From IMG/VR virus record IMGVR_UViG_3300031994_000065, positions 17,295 through 81,294 of that record: DNA of 64,000 nt; one strand, given 5' to 3'. Both the position numbers and the translations under genes were made by a program. The notes beneath the pieces were generated by a model. That model saw only the letters and a list, made by a program, of their open reading frames with translations, was not told where the DNA came from and made no database searches. How positions within the stretch are numbered: the stretch's first letter is position 1; each line of letters starts with the position of its first letter. Source of the DNA: a virus. Lineage: Duplodnaviria; Caudoviricetes. Shown in pieces: positions 45,092 through 54,472 of this stretch.

Positions 45092-46540
45092 ATGAACGAT
45101 AGATCGACGTTACTCCAAGGCTCTTGTCTTTATAACTTAGACACGAATGCCTATCCTATAATCATCGACCATCCTGATTATCGTTATCTGTGCAGGTTGA
45201 TTCAAGACATCCAACTTAATGTCGGTTCTGATTCTGCAGACCAGAAACCTAAACCGATGTATTATATTGGACAACTTACCGAAGATCTGAACAGTATGCG
45301 AACTGTGCTTCGACGGATGTTCGGAGTAAGCTTTGACATCACCATTGTGGATAATTGTGGCTCAAGTGAATTTTTCGGATGCAATGTTTATCCGAGCGAA
45401 AGAAGTTGCAATATCATCGCTGATAGAATACTTGAAAAAGAAGTTGCTACCACTAAGATTCTTAAAGAGGTTTGGCTTAATACCACAGAATGGCAACTTG
45501 ACTTAGACAGCAGAATCTTCTACGACAATCATATTGGATTCAACGCTGCGGAGATAACCACTTTGATTTTTTTCAATATCGAGAATGTCGTCTTTAATCT
45601 TCGTATAGCTGAAAGAACCAACTATATCCTCAGCTCATTGCTTGATACTAAATCTCTGCTGGCTACGAAATTGGTTAGAGCTTCTATATGCAAGAAAGTT
45701 TTCATTATTCCGTTAATCATAGCATGTAGATTCAAGAGTTATCCGTACCACAATCGCAATTTCTTAGAAGGTTCTTGTCTCACTAGAAATACCAGTGGAC
45801 ATCTTATGACGATTTATAATAACATGGTTCGGAAGATGATAGTTGCTGTTGGTAATAGCCAAGTCGATGTTCCGATTAAACGGATGGATGAGGATATTAC
45901 TCAGGCGGTAAATTGGTTCTTTGCATGTGTGGAAGAAATGAAATTTTCTACAAGAATGCTTAGTGAAGCAATGGACAAACTTTTGCGAATTGAAATCAGT
46001 CCGTATGTCAAAAATATCATTTCCGGTATTATGATGAATATTGGAGACTATAATCGCAAACAAATCATTACGAAAGAAAGTGCGGTTCCACATGTTCAGG
46101 AGATGTTTGCGAAGAATAACAAAGCAATCGAATTTCGAATGAAGCAATATAAGGCTGCCGCTAATAAGAAAATTACTGCACAAGTCGACCAAGCTATCAA
46201 AGAAGGTTTATTTGATTTAATTGATAACATTGGAAATATGAAACGAATCAGTCAGAGGGAGATTGATATGATTCGTGTGCAGGGTCAAAAGGTTCAGAAC
46301 GCGGATGACAAAATGTTTGTACTTGATAATCTTCACTCTAAACTCGAAGTTGTTGATGCTTCTCTCTCCATATTGGAAAGTGGCGATAAAGAGAAGATGA
46401 AAAAGGTCAAAATGAGCAAAGCACAGTTACTTGACCAAAAGAAACAACTTGATGCAATACGTGAAGAAATCATCAAACGCCAAGTAGACGACTCGAAAGT
46501 TTCATTAATTATTGGTTATCCAAAAGGATACGAAGGTTAA
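45092..46540 (+). CDS. Virion structural protein (hypothetical)
   Basis: About 482 aa between capsid and terminase; coiled-coil C-terminus. Confidence 0.65.
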   Translation: MNDRSTLLQGSCLYNLDTNAYPIIIDHPDYRYLCRLIQDIQLNVGSDSADQKPKPMYYIGQLTEDLNSMRTVLRRMFGVSFDITIVDNCGSSEFFGCNVYPSERSCNIIADRILEKEVATTKILKEVWLNTTEWQLDLDSRIFYDNHIGFNAAEITTLIFFNIENVVFNLRIAERTNYILSSLLDTKSLLATKLVRASICKKVFIIPLIIACRFKSYPYHNRNFLEGSCLTRNTSGHLMTIYNNMVRKMIVAVGNSQVDVPIKRMDEDITQAVNWFFACVEEMKFSTRMLSEAMDKLLRIEISPYVKNIISGIMMNIGDYNRKQIITKESAVPHVQEMFAKNNKAIEFRMKQYKAAANKKITAQVDQAIKEGLFDLIDNIGNMKRISQREIDMIRVQGQKVQNADDKMFVLDNLHSKLEVVDASLSILESGDKEKMKKVKMSKAQLLDQKKQLDAIREEIIKRQVDDSKVSLIIGYPKGYEG

Positions 46541-48732
46541 TGAATACTGAAGAACATGGGCGAAAATTTTACACTAACATTCTCACTAATGGGGATGTGT
46601 ATAGAGGGATTGTAACGGTCAATTGTCATAAGTATAAACAGTACGTAGAGAAATCGACACGTATGTTGTATATTATAGACTCATTCACCGACAATCTCTC
46701 GTTTCTTCGCACCGCAAAAGATTTGTCGGTACTTGGAATTCGCAACTACCAGTTTATGCTTAAACTGTACGATGCGAATCTTTTGAACGTTGACCCTTAT
46801 TCTCCCGCTTTAACACCAAATGAAGTTAAGAGAGTCCTTGTGGAATGTAAACGGAACATCTGGTATTTCTTGCGAGTTGTTGCAAGGGTTCCCGTCGAGG
46901 GTGGTGCTGTCGGTCCCGGAGCAGGAATGCGATATCAACTTAATCGCGGGAATCTTGCTTCCACTTGGTGTTTCATCAATAACATAGACCATTATCAAGT
47001 TCTTCCTCGTCAGATAGGTAAGACTATAGGTTCTTTAGAAGAAATACTTTGGACCTACATCTTCTCATCTAATACTAAGATGATGTTACTTTGTAAGGAT
47101 AGCCCGGGTAGTAAAGAGAATCTAAAGAAACTTAAAGATTTGAGGGATTTATTGCCTTTATATATGCAATGCAAAATTGTGCTGAATGAAGATGGAGAGA
47201 AGAAGACTGCTAAAGGCGATAACTTGACGTATCTAATGAACCCAAACAATGGTAATAGAATAACTACTGCTACTGGCGGAGCAAGTGAAGATGCCGCTGA
47301 CCGTTGCGGTCGCGGTCTCACACAAGCCATACAAATGTTCGATGAGGTTGAGTTTACTAAACACATCGGCGTAATTCTTGACAGTGCCGGGCCAGCATAT
47401 GGAACCGCTGCACGTAATGCTGAGGCAAATGGAGCTCCACATTGTCGCATCATGCTGAGTACGCCTGGAAACCTTGACTCTCAACCGGTCATTAGTACAA
47501 ACGATCTACGAAGACAAATGATTCGATTTTCAGAAGGTTTCTATGACAGAGATGTCAAAGAAGTCAAAGAAGTCATCTCAATAAATTCGCCAGTTAATAT
47601 TGTTTACATTGAGTTTAGCTATAAGCAACTCGGTAAAGATGAAAAATGGTTCATTGAGACTTGTGCTAAGGTATCTAATAATAAGACGAAGATACGTAGA
47701 GAAATTCTTCTTAAACGTATCAGAGGTTCGTCGCTTTCTCCATTTGAACCAGAAGATTTGGAAGAAATTGGTAATCATCAAAGAGAACCCATTGAGGAAA
47801 TCTACATACAAGAAGTCTATCCACTTTATGTATACGAATCTCTCAATAAGAACATTCCGTATATAGTTGGTGTCGACGTTGCTGCTGGACGTTATGGAGA
47901 TAATTCTGCAATTACTGTATTAGATCCATATTCCATCAGGCCCGTAGCAGAATTCAAGTCTAACATAACTACTACCAGCAAACTTAAATCATTCTTGATT
48001 TCTCTGATAATGACTTATATTCCGAAGTCTATATTGGTAATCGAGAATAACAATATGGGAAGTTCGGTTATTGACGATCTTCGGTTGACACCGATTAGTC
48101 CAAATCTGTATTTCGATAATAATAAGTATTTCATTCCCGAAGCTACTCAGAAAATGGATGCTAAAGGGTTTGCGATACTTGAAGCGAAAAACGCCAGAAC
48201 GTTTGGATTAAATACAAATCCGAAAACTAGAGAAACAATGATAAATCTCTTATTTGAACGCGTCAAAGAATACAAAACAGATTTCGTTACTAGAAATATC
48301 ATCGCAGATTTAAACTCGTTGGTCAGAATGCCTTCAGGGAAAATTCAAGCTGTCAATGGAGCACATGATGACTCAATTATGAGTTATCTCATTTGCTTAT
48401 ACACATTGACATTCGGTTCTAATCTTGACCGTTATGGATTTACCAGAGGAGATGTAGCACCTGAACCGGAAAGACCTAAAACTCGTCAAGAATATTTCGA
48501 TGAACTTCCAGAAGATGTTCGCGAATATTTCTCCGGAGTTAAAGATATGCAAACTTCTGAAGAATATGATAACGAGCTGCGCAGATTGTTTATGAGGCAG
48601 CGTTCTCAAATGATGGTAACGAAAAACGATTCTGGTGCTGTCAGTAGAAATATTGATTATGACACAGATCCGGATACCGGAATCCAGTTTGAACGTCAAG
48701 ATTTAACATGGCTCGATGATTTAAATCACTGA
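46540..48732 (+). CDS. terL: Terminase large subunit
   Basis: Walker A PRQIGKT, Walker B MFDEVEF, nuclease IVGVDVAAG and HDDSIMS. Confidence 0.92.
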   Translation: MNTEEHGRKFYTNILTNGDVYRGIVTVNCHKYKQYVEKSTRMLYIIDSFTDNLSFLRTAKDLSVLGIRNYQFMLKLYDANLLNVDPYSPALTPNEVKRVLVECKRNIWYFLRVVARVPVEGGAVGPGAGMRYQLNRGNLASTWCFINNIDHYQVLPRQIGKTIGSLEEILWTYIFSSNTKMMLLCKDSPGSKENLKKLKDLRDLLPLYMQCKIVLNEDGEKKTAKGDNLTYLMNPNNGNRITTATGGASEDAADRCGRGLTQAIQMFDEVEFTKHIGVILDSAGPAYGTAARNAEANGAPHCRIMLSTPGNLDSQPVISTNDLRRQMIRFSEGFYDRDVKEVKEVISINSPVNIVYIEFSYKQLGKDEKWFIETCAKVSNNKTKIRREILLKRIRGSSLSPFEPEDLEEIGNHQREPIEEIYIQEVYPLYVYESLNKNIPYIVGVDVAAGRYGDNSAITVLDPYSIRPVAEFKSNITTTSKLKSFLISLIMTYIPKSILVIENNNMGSSVIDDLRLTPISPNLYFDNNKYFIPEATQKMDAKGFAILEAKNARTFGLNTNPKTRETMINLLFERVKEYKTDFVTRNIIADLNSLVRMPSGKIQAVNGAHDDSIMSYLICLYTLTFGSNLDRYGFTRGDVAPEPERPKTRQEYFDELPEDVREYFSGVKDMQTSEEYDNELRRLFMRQRSQMMVTKNDSGAVSRNIDYDTDPDTGIQFERQDLTWLDDLNH

Positions 48733-48736
48733 TTAT

Positions 48737-48770
48737 AAAGTTAGCGAATCTGATGATTTTCGCTAACTTT
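48737..48770 (+). terminator. Terminator
   Basis: AAAGTTAGCGAA/TTCGCTAACTTT plus T-run. Confidence 0.75.
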
Positions 48771-48822
48771 TTAGCCGTTTTTTCACATCAATCTAAATTA
48801 CGAAGAAAGGAGTTGCGCATCT

Positions 48823-49593
48823 ATGTCGTCTATGTATGATACTGAGGATTTGGATTCTGAATTGGTTCTGATTCCTCAGATACAGGATCTTCACACATCG
48901 CTGATTCAAGAAGATATTCGAATGCAAATAGAAAATCCGTTTGAATCCAGCAATGACTTTGTTGAAGCGTTTAACGAACAATGTGAAGAAGCTCTTGAAG
49001 AAGACGATTATAGTGATGATGTCATGAAGCGAGTCAACGAAGAACGAATCAAGTTCTATATAGACGTAATTGAATTGATAAGCGATAAGTTTCATTTGGA
49101 TTGTGATCTCGATACAATAGCGGATAAAAGAGTTGACTTGATTGATGACATTTGCTCAGCAATGTATAGCTTTTTCGTCCTTAAACGAAAAAAGAATATC
49201 AAGAATATGATGCTCAACTATATTTTGGAGCACGAAGACCAAATAGCTGAATCTCTGGAATATTTGAAGAGCAAGAAAGACGTTGTAACCGTAGAAACAA
49301 GAACTAAGTTAGAAGACGAGAATCTTTCAATGTTCTTGGCTAATATTCAAAATGTATTGCGATATGTTAAATCGATTAATAACTCCATGGATGAAATGAT
49401 TCAATATATCGACTTGGAGTTATTCAATAATGCAATGATTCAATACTTACTGGATAATGCTATCATTAGCGGCAATTTTCAGGAGTTATATTTTGCGCCT
49501 TTATTCTCATATCAAGATACGATATACGATGAGATAGTTTCGAAGATTGAAAACGGGATTGTTAAGGCAGCACATAAAAGGAGGAAAGGTTGA
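48823..49593 (+). CDS. Hypothetical (structural-region) protein
   Basis: 256 aa; late promoter at 48784-48795; SD AAAGGAG. Confidence 0.75.
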   Translation: MSSMYDTEDLDSELVLIPQIQDLHTSLIQEDIRMQIENPFESSNDFVEAFNEQCEEALEEDDYSDDVMKRVNEERIKFYIDVIELISDKFHLDCDLDTIADKRVDLIDDICSAMYSFFVLKRKKNIKNMMLNYILEHEDQIAESLEYLKSKKDVVTVETRTKLEDENLSMFLANIQNVLRYVKSINNSMDEMIQYIDLELFNNAMIQYLLDNAIISGNFQELYFAPLFSYQDTIYDEIVSKIENGIVKAAHKRRKG

Positions 49594-50735
49594 TGGACAA
49601 TCAGATTGATGAAGAGGTCAAAACTACTGAAGATGAACCCGTCGTCGTAACTGAAACCTCTAAAGAAGATGTTCCCGAAACGACCATTTCCAATTCGTTA
49701 CAGTCAGAAATACATCTTACACCAGAACAGCAAGAAGTATATGATCTGATGACTTCGGACAAAAAATTCGTTGCGATTCACGATATTATGCAAATCAAGA
49801 ACAAGCTCAACGAAATTTCTGCAGTCAAAGAACATGCTATTGAACAAGTTAAGAGCATGATACCGGATGACAGGATCAGTCTTCTTGAAGCCAGAGCGGT
49901 CGCACTTGATAAAGACGCTTTGATCAATCTCGATATGGAAAAAGATGCGGACTGGGAAAAGGTCAAATCCATCTATACTTTTGAAGACGGCGGAATGATT
50001 CATTTTACCAATGATCCTGATACAGAAATTAAAAAAGTTCGTGAGATGCATCGAGATTATTTGATTTATCTCAAATCCATTAAGGAAGAGACTGCTAAGT
50101 TTGAGATAATCGAAAAAGAATCTAAAGAGACTCTCAATAAACTCTATAAAGAACTTGATGAAGCAATTGGTGAAGCCGAATCTGCCAGAATCAAACAATA
50201 TTCCGCGTTCGCCGATTACTATCGCGATTGGATTAAAGAGTCGCTTAAACGTGATGACATCAGTGACCAACTGCGTGAACAGCTCCAGAAAATTTTGGAC
50301 GCGGATAATCGCGGAATTGATCTTGAATTTCTTAAGAAAGAAATCCGCGAATTAATTTCTCGCAAAGGAAACGCAGATTCATTACGTTACGGTTACCGCA
50401 ATAATTTTGTCGAAACTGCGCGTAAAGCTACGGCGGTATTAGCCAGCAAATTCTCTAAATACAATTATCACCTTTCGCTCATAAAGTTCTACGATTTGGA
50501 GAAACGTTTATTCCCCGACAAATACGGTGAAAAATTCAATAACCTTTTCATGTTTATCATCTTCAGATTCATTAAAGCAAATTGTGGGAAATTCGATAAG
50601 TTTTGGATGATAACTATTGGAGAAGTCGTTACGCAACTCGGATTCTTATTCAGAGACGAATCTGAACGCCCGGAAAGTTCTAAAGAATTCGTTAAAAATC
50701 TTCAAGAAGTTATGGATTTAGTGATTGACCATTGA
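49590..50735 (+). CDS. Hypothetical helical protein
   Basis: 381 aa, overlapping start. Confidence 0.75.
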   Translation: MMDNQIDEEVKTTEDEPVVVTETSKEDVPETTISNSLQSEIHLTPEQQEVYDLMTSDKKFVAIHDIMQIKNKLNEISAVKEHAIEQVKSMIPDDRISLLEARAVALDKDALINLDMEKDADWEKVKSIYTFEDGGMIHFTNDPDTEIKKVREMHRDYLIYLKSIKEETAKFEIIEKESKETLNKLYKELDEAIGEAESARIKQYSAFADYYRDWIKESLKRDDISDQLREQLQKILDADNRGIDLEFLKKEIRELISRKGNADSLRYGYRNNFVETARKATAVLASKFSKYNYHLSLIKFYDLEKRLFPDKYGEKFNNLFMFIIFRFIKANCGKFDKFWMITIGEVVTQLGFLFRDESERPESSKEFVKNLQEVMDLVIDH

Positions 50736-50808
50736 GACAACGAGGTAAGGATATGCTTGATTACATTCCTTACCTTTAATAACGCTTTTAGAAAGGAGAT
50801 ATTTACAA

Positions 50809-51555
50809 ATGGCTTCATTTTTCAAAACAGAAGGGGAAAAGATAATCCTCTTTGGTGCTGCATCTATGTTAGCTTACATACCTATGGATTATTTTGAAAT
50901 GGATATTGCTCAGGATTATGGCGGAGAACATTTCGAAGCATTGGGATTGTTCAACGTGGAATTCTTTAGTGATTCTGATGCAACTAAACGTATCGGGAAA
51001 CTTGAGACATTAAATCTCCCGACAAACATCAATCTTTATCCGAGTTCGTCTGAAATTAGAGATATAGAACTGATTAAAGAAGTTGGAGTGCAGAAATATC
51101 ACGTGATGAAATTTTTAAAAGGTGAACCGTTCACTGATAAATATATCATACAGAAATCGAAAGCTGTCGAAGGATTCATGAATCTGATTGAGGGTGGGAA
51201 AATTCCAAGAACTATTCCCTATGATAAGCTCTTTGGAATTTGGACAGCTAATATGAAACTCAACGGTGTCACAATGTCTGATGTTCCGTCATCTTCACGC
51301 GAAATGATTCTTGCTGAGAAATATCGAGATAAAAAGAATCCGGCATTCAGATTCGGCATTAAAGCCGGAAAGAATCCGAAAATTTCGATGTATGATTATA
51401 CACCAGCATCTGCAAGAACCCTTACAAAATATTCATCAACTTTCTCCGGATTTACGTTTGAAGATTTCGATACTATGGTCACTAACGGATTAAACATCAG
51501 CAAGAGTGGACGCAAACAAACTGATTCTCCAATAGAGCCCATAATCAAGTATTGA
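50809..51555 (+). CDS. Putative RNAP beta-prime extreme C-terminal fragment
   Basis: NGVTMSDVPSSSREMILAEKYRD and SSTFSGFTFEDFDTMVTNGL parallel the beta-prime QGVxINDKHIEVIVRQM and SFISAASFEET segments. Confidence 0.5.
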   Translation: MASFFKTEGEKIILFGAASMLAYIPMDYFEMDIAQDYGGEHFEALGLFNVEFFSDSDATKRIGKLETLNLPTNINLYPSSSEIRDIELIKEVGVQKYHVMKFLKGEPFTDKYIIQKSKAVEGFMNLIEGGKIPRTIPYDKLFGIWTANMKLNGVTMSDVPSSSREMILAEKYRDKKNPAFRFGIKAGKNPKISMYDYTPASARTLTKYSSTFSGFTFEDFDTMVTNGLNISKSGRKQTDSPIEPIIKY

Positions 51556-51577
51556 GCGCAGACGCCTCTTTTGTTAA

Positions 51578-51589
51578 AACATTAGTGTA
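51578..51589 (+). promoter_or_regulatory. Late promoter of sheath/tube
   Basis: AACA-ttagtg-TA. Confidence 0.65.
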
Positions 51590-51614
51590 AAATAAACCAA
51601 AGGAGGAAAAAACC

Positions 51615-53492
51615 ATGGCTGCAACACCTATTGGGCAACTGATTCCTGATTGGCAACATCCGTCGGAAACTACGTTTATCTTTGATAACACTGTGGTCCA
51701 AGACACTGAGTCCATAAATACCGAATCGGTTACTCTTTTGACTATTTTCGCATCTTCTAAAGGATACGACAATAAGTTGCTGAAGAAGCGGAGTTTGTAT
51801 GCTCACGTCGAAGAATATGGCTATCCTGACTATAAGAGATATGGTCAGGCTGGTTACATCCCTTATACCGCGCTTTCTTCTGGTAATGCGATGTGCTGGG
51901 AAATGCGTGTTATGCCTACGGATGCGACGTATGCCAACGTTATTTATGCGGTGTATTTCAAAGTCATTGGTGAAGGAACAGAAGACGACCCGAAGAAACT
52001 TCAGGTCGAATTTAAACCCTTTGCACAAGAAGGACTTAGTGACGCTGCTTTGCTCCCCGTTTATATGGAAACACTTAAGAATTTGACACCCGATCCCGAT
52101 ACTGAGCAAATGTGTTTGCCTTATATTGGCTTCCGTATGCTTGGTCGTGGTGAATATGGCAAATACTATCGTGTTCGTCTCTCTCATGACACTAGTTCTG
52201 ATAGAGAAAATGGTTATAAAAATTATACGCTCGCTCTTATCTCTACCGAAGTTGGTACCGTTCAGAAAGAAACTTTCCCGGCACTTGCTTTGACAGAAGA
52301 TGCTATCGACCCGAAAACCAACGTTACGTCTTACATTAGCGAAGTTGTTAACGACTATGAAGGTGATGGTTCGCGGCGTATTGCTGTCGAATTTATGCCC
52401 GATTATCACAAGTATCTCTTCAACTACTACAAAGAAAACGTTGATCCGGATACTGAATTGACGGTTGAATCATTCGACATTTTTGGTTATGATAAAACTC
52501 GCGATGACGGAATTAACCCGCACATTGAAGTGGTCAATGGTATTTCCTCAGTTGCTCTCTTTAGCGTCACTGGCATTAAAATGTCTGCTGGCGATGACGG
52601 TTCATTCTCCGATTCTGCAGACCCGTCTGAAAAAGAGAAAATGATGGAACAGCTCTACAACGACGCATTTAGCGGCGGTATTGACCCGCGTGTGTTCTCC
52701 AAACTTCGTTCTCCTTGTAACGTCTGCTTGGATGCTAACTATCCTCTTTCCGTCAAGAAATCACTCATCGCTTTGGTACTCAAACGTGGCGATATGATGG
52801 GTTATGTCGATTGTGGTCTTTTAACCACGGTTAACCAGGTTAAATCCTTCATGAATCAACTGGTCGATATCGATACCTATTACATCTCAAAGAATGCCGG
52901 TATGTTTACCACTCGCGATGCAGTTAGCGGAAAGAAGATTCCTGTCACTGTCACTATGTGGCTGGCATATAAGATTCCGATGCACTGGAGACAGAATGGT
53001 TTGTATACCGCTATGGCAGCAGAAGATTATGCGACGTTGTCTGGCTATACCAAAAATTCCGTCTATCCTGAAATTGATGCTGATGATCACGAGACTAAAG
53101 AAGAGTTCTATAAAGCTCGTTGGAATTACATTGAATGCATTGCAGAAGATGTATACGTCCGTGGCACACAGCAAACTAGCCAGAGAGAACTCTCTGACCT
53201 CTCTGAAGAAAATAATGTCCATGTCATGCTTCAAGTCAAGCGTCGTCTTGAACGTCTCTGTGCTCAGAAACGTTACCACTTTGGCGAAGCTTCTGACCGT
53301 AAGCTGTATACTGAAGACGCGCAAGAACTCTTCAGTACTTGGAAGGGCACATATTTGCGCGACATTAATATTACTTTCTCCATGACGAGATATGAAGAAT
53401 TGCGTTCGATTCTCCATTGTACGTGCTCGATTATCTTCAATACGCTTATTAAACGTAGCATCATTGAGATTAATATCAATCCGCGTGCTTAA
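51615..53492 (+). CDS. Tail sheath protein
   Basis: 625 aa; LDANYP, C-terminal IKRSIIEININ; precedes the tube gene. Confidence 0.85.
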   Translation: MAATPIGQLIPDWQHPSETTFIFDNTVVQDTESINTESVTLLTIFASSKGYDNKLLKKRSLYAHVEEYGYPDYKRYGQAGYIPYTALSSGNAMCWEMRVMPTDATYANVIYAVYFKVIGEGTEDDPKKLQVEFKPFAQEGLSDAALLPVYMETLKNLTPDPDTEQMCLPYIGFRMLGRGEYGKYYRVRLSHDTSSDRENGYKNYTLALISTEVGTVQKETFPALALTEDAIDPKTNVTSYISEVVNDYEGDGSRRIAVEFMPDYHKYLFNYYKENVDPDTELTVESFDIFGYDKTRDDGINPHIEVVNGISSVALFSVTGIKMSAGDDGSFSDSADPSEKEKMMEQLYNDAFSGGIDPRVFSKLRSPCNVCLDANYPLSVKKSLIALVLKRGDMMGYVDCGLLTTVNQVKSFMNQLVDIDTYYISKNAGMFTTRDAVSGKKIPVTVTMWLAYKIPMHWRQNGLYTAMAAEDYATLSGYTKNSVYPEIDADDHETKEEFYKARWNYIECIAEDVYVRGTQQTSQRELSDLSEENNVHVMLQVKRRLERLCAQKRYHFGEASDRKLYTEDAQELFSTWKGTYLRDINITFSMTRYEELRSILHCTCSIIFNTLIKRSIIEININPRA

Positions 53493-53527
53493 ACGCGATT
53501 ATAATCTGAGAAGGGAGGAATTAAGTC

Positions 53528-54406
53528 ATGGCTACTGATTATACCATTAGCTACAATGAGACGACGCCTGGTGATAAGACTATCATGCTGAATCTCAAGC
53601 GAAATCGTCGTGACTTCAAATCATATTCCATGTTTATGGGTGGTTTGGATGTCACTCATAAAAATATCGACATGCTTGACCCGCTTAGAACAAACTATGT
53701 CCGTATATTCATCACACAGCTCCCTAAGTTTATGACGGATAAAGACAAAGAATTTGCAATGCGTTTCAAACACTACGTCGAAATGGGTTTCATCGGCATT
53801 GACGGCATCGCCAATACGACGATGGACACTGAGGAAGTTACCGGTGGTTACGCAGGTAACAAATTCAAAGTTCCTGGCGTCGTTAAGGACGAAACCGATA
53901 CCGTTACAATTAAGATATATGAACTTACCGGTTCACCTGTTCGTGAGTTCATTGATACTTGGGTCACAGGTATTTCTGACCCGCTTACCGGTCTGGCTCA
54001 TTATCATGGGTGGATTTCTGACACATGTCACTTCAGTGCACGCAACCATACAATGGAAATGTTCTACGTATCTACCGACCCGACAGGTCGCGACGATGCT
54101 ATTGAATACGCGTGTCTGTTCGCTAACATGTTCCCGACTGAAGTCAAGAAAGATCACTTCAATTATGAGTCCGGGACTCATCCGGTTGTACAAATCGACA
54201 TTCCGTTCACGGCGAACCGTTACGAATCTCCGCAAATCAACGAGATCGCCCACAGATTGCTTCAGAAGTACAGAATCTTGAGAGATTATCTGAACTTCCA
54301 GTCTGGTTACTTGGCTTCGGATCTCGACGCAATGAACGATTATAACCAATCTGTTACTCGTGGTTGGGAAACCTACGAATACACCAGTGGTGCAGAAAAA
54401 AATTAA
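53528..54406 (+). CDS. Tail tube protein
   Basis: 292 aa after the sheath; ELTGSPVREFIDTWVTGISDP motif. Confidence 0.8.
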   Translation: MATDYTISYNETTPGDKTIMLNLKRNRRDFKSYSMFMGGLDVTHKNIDMLDPLRTNYVRIFITQLPKFMTDKDKEFAMRFKHYVEMGFIGIDGIANTTMDTEEVTGGYAGNKFKVPGVVKDETDTVTIKIYELTGSPVREFIDTWVTGISDPLTGLAHYHGWISDTCHFSARNHTMEMFYVSTDPTGRDDAIEYACLFANMFPTEVKKDHFNYESGTHPVVQIDIPFTANRYESPQINEIAHRLLQKYRILRDYLNFQSGYLASDLDAMNDYNQSVTRGWETYEYTSGAEKN

Positions 54407-54435
54407 TCGTACCGGAAATAAAAACGTTATTACAA

Positions 54436-54460
54436 GGGTATACCCAGCTCGGGTATACCC
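54436..54460. terminator. Hairpin between convergent tube and portal genes
   Basis: GGGTATACCC-agctc-GGGTATACCC. Confidence 0.6.
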
Positions 54461-54472
54461 ATTTGACCGCTT

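Noticed and set aside
51582-52409. Long minus-strand ORFs opposite sheath, capsid and chaperone genes (also 24037-24705, 44134-45024)
   Set aside because: Antisense shadows of well-supported genes; no SD or recognisable motifs.
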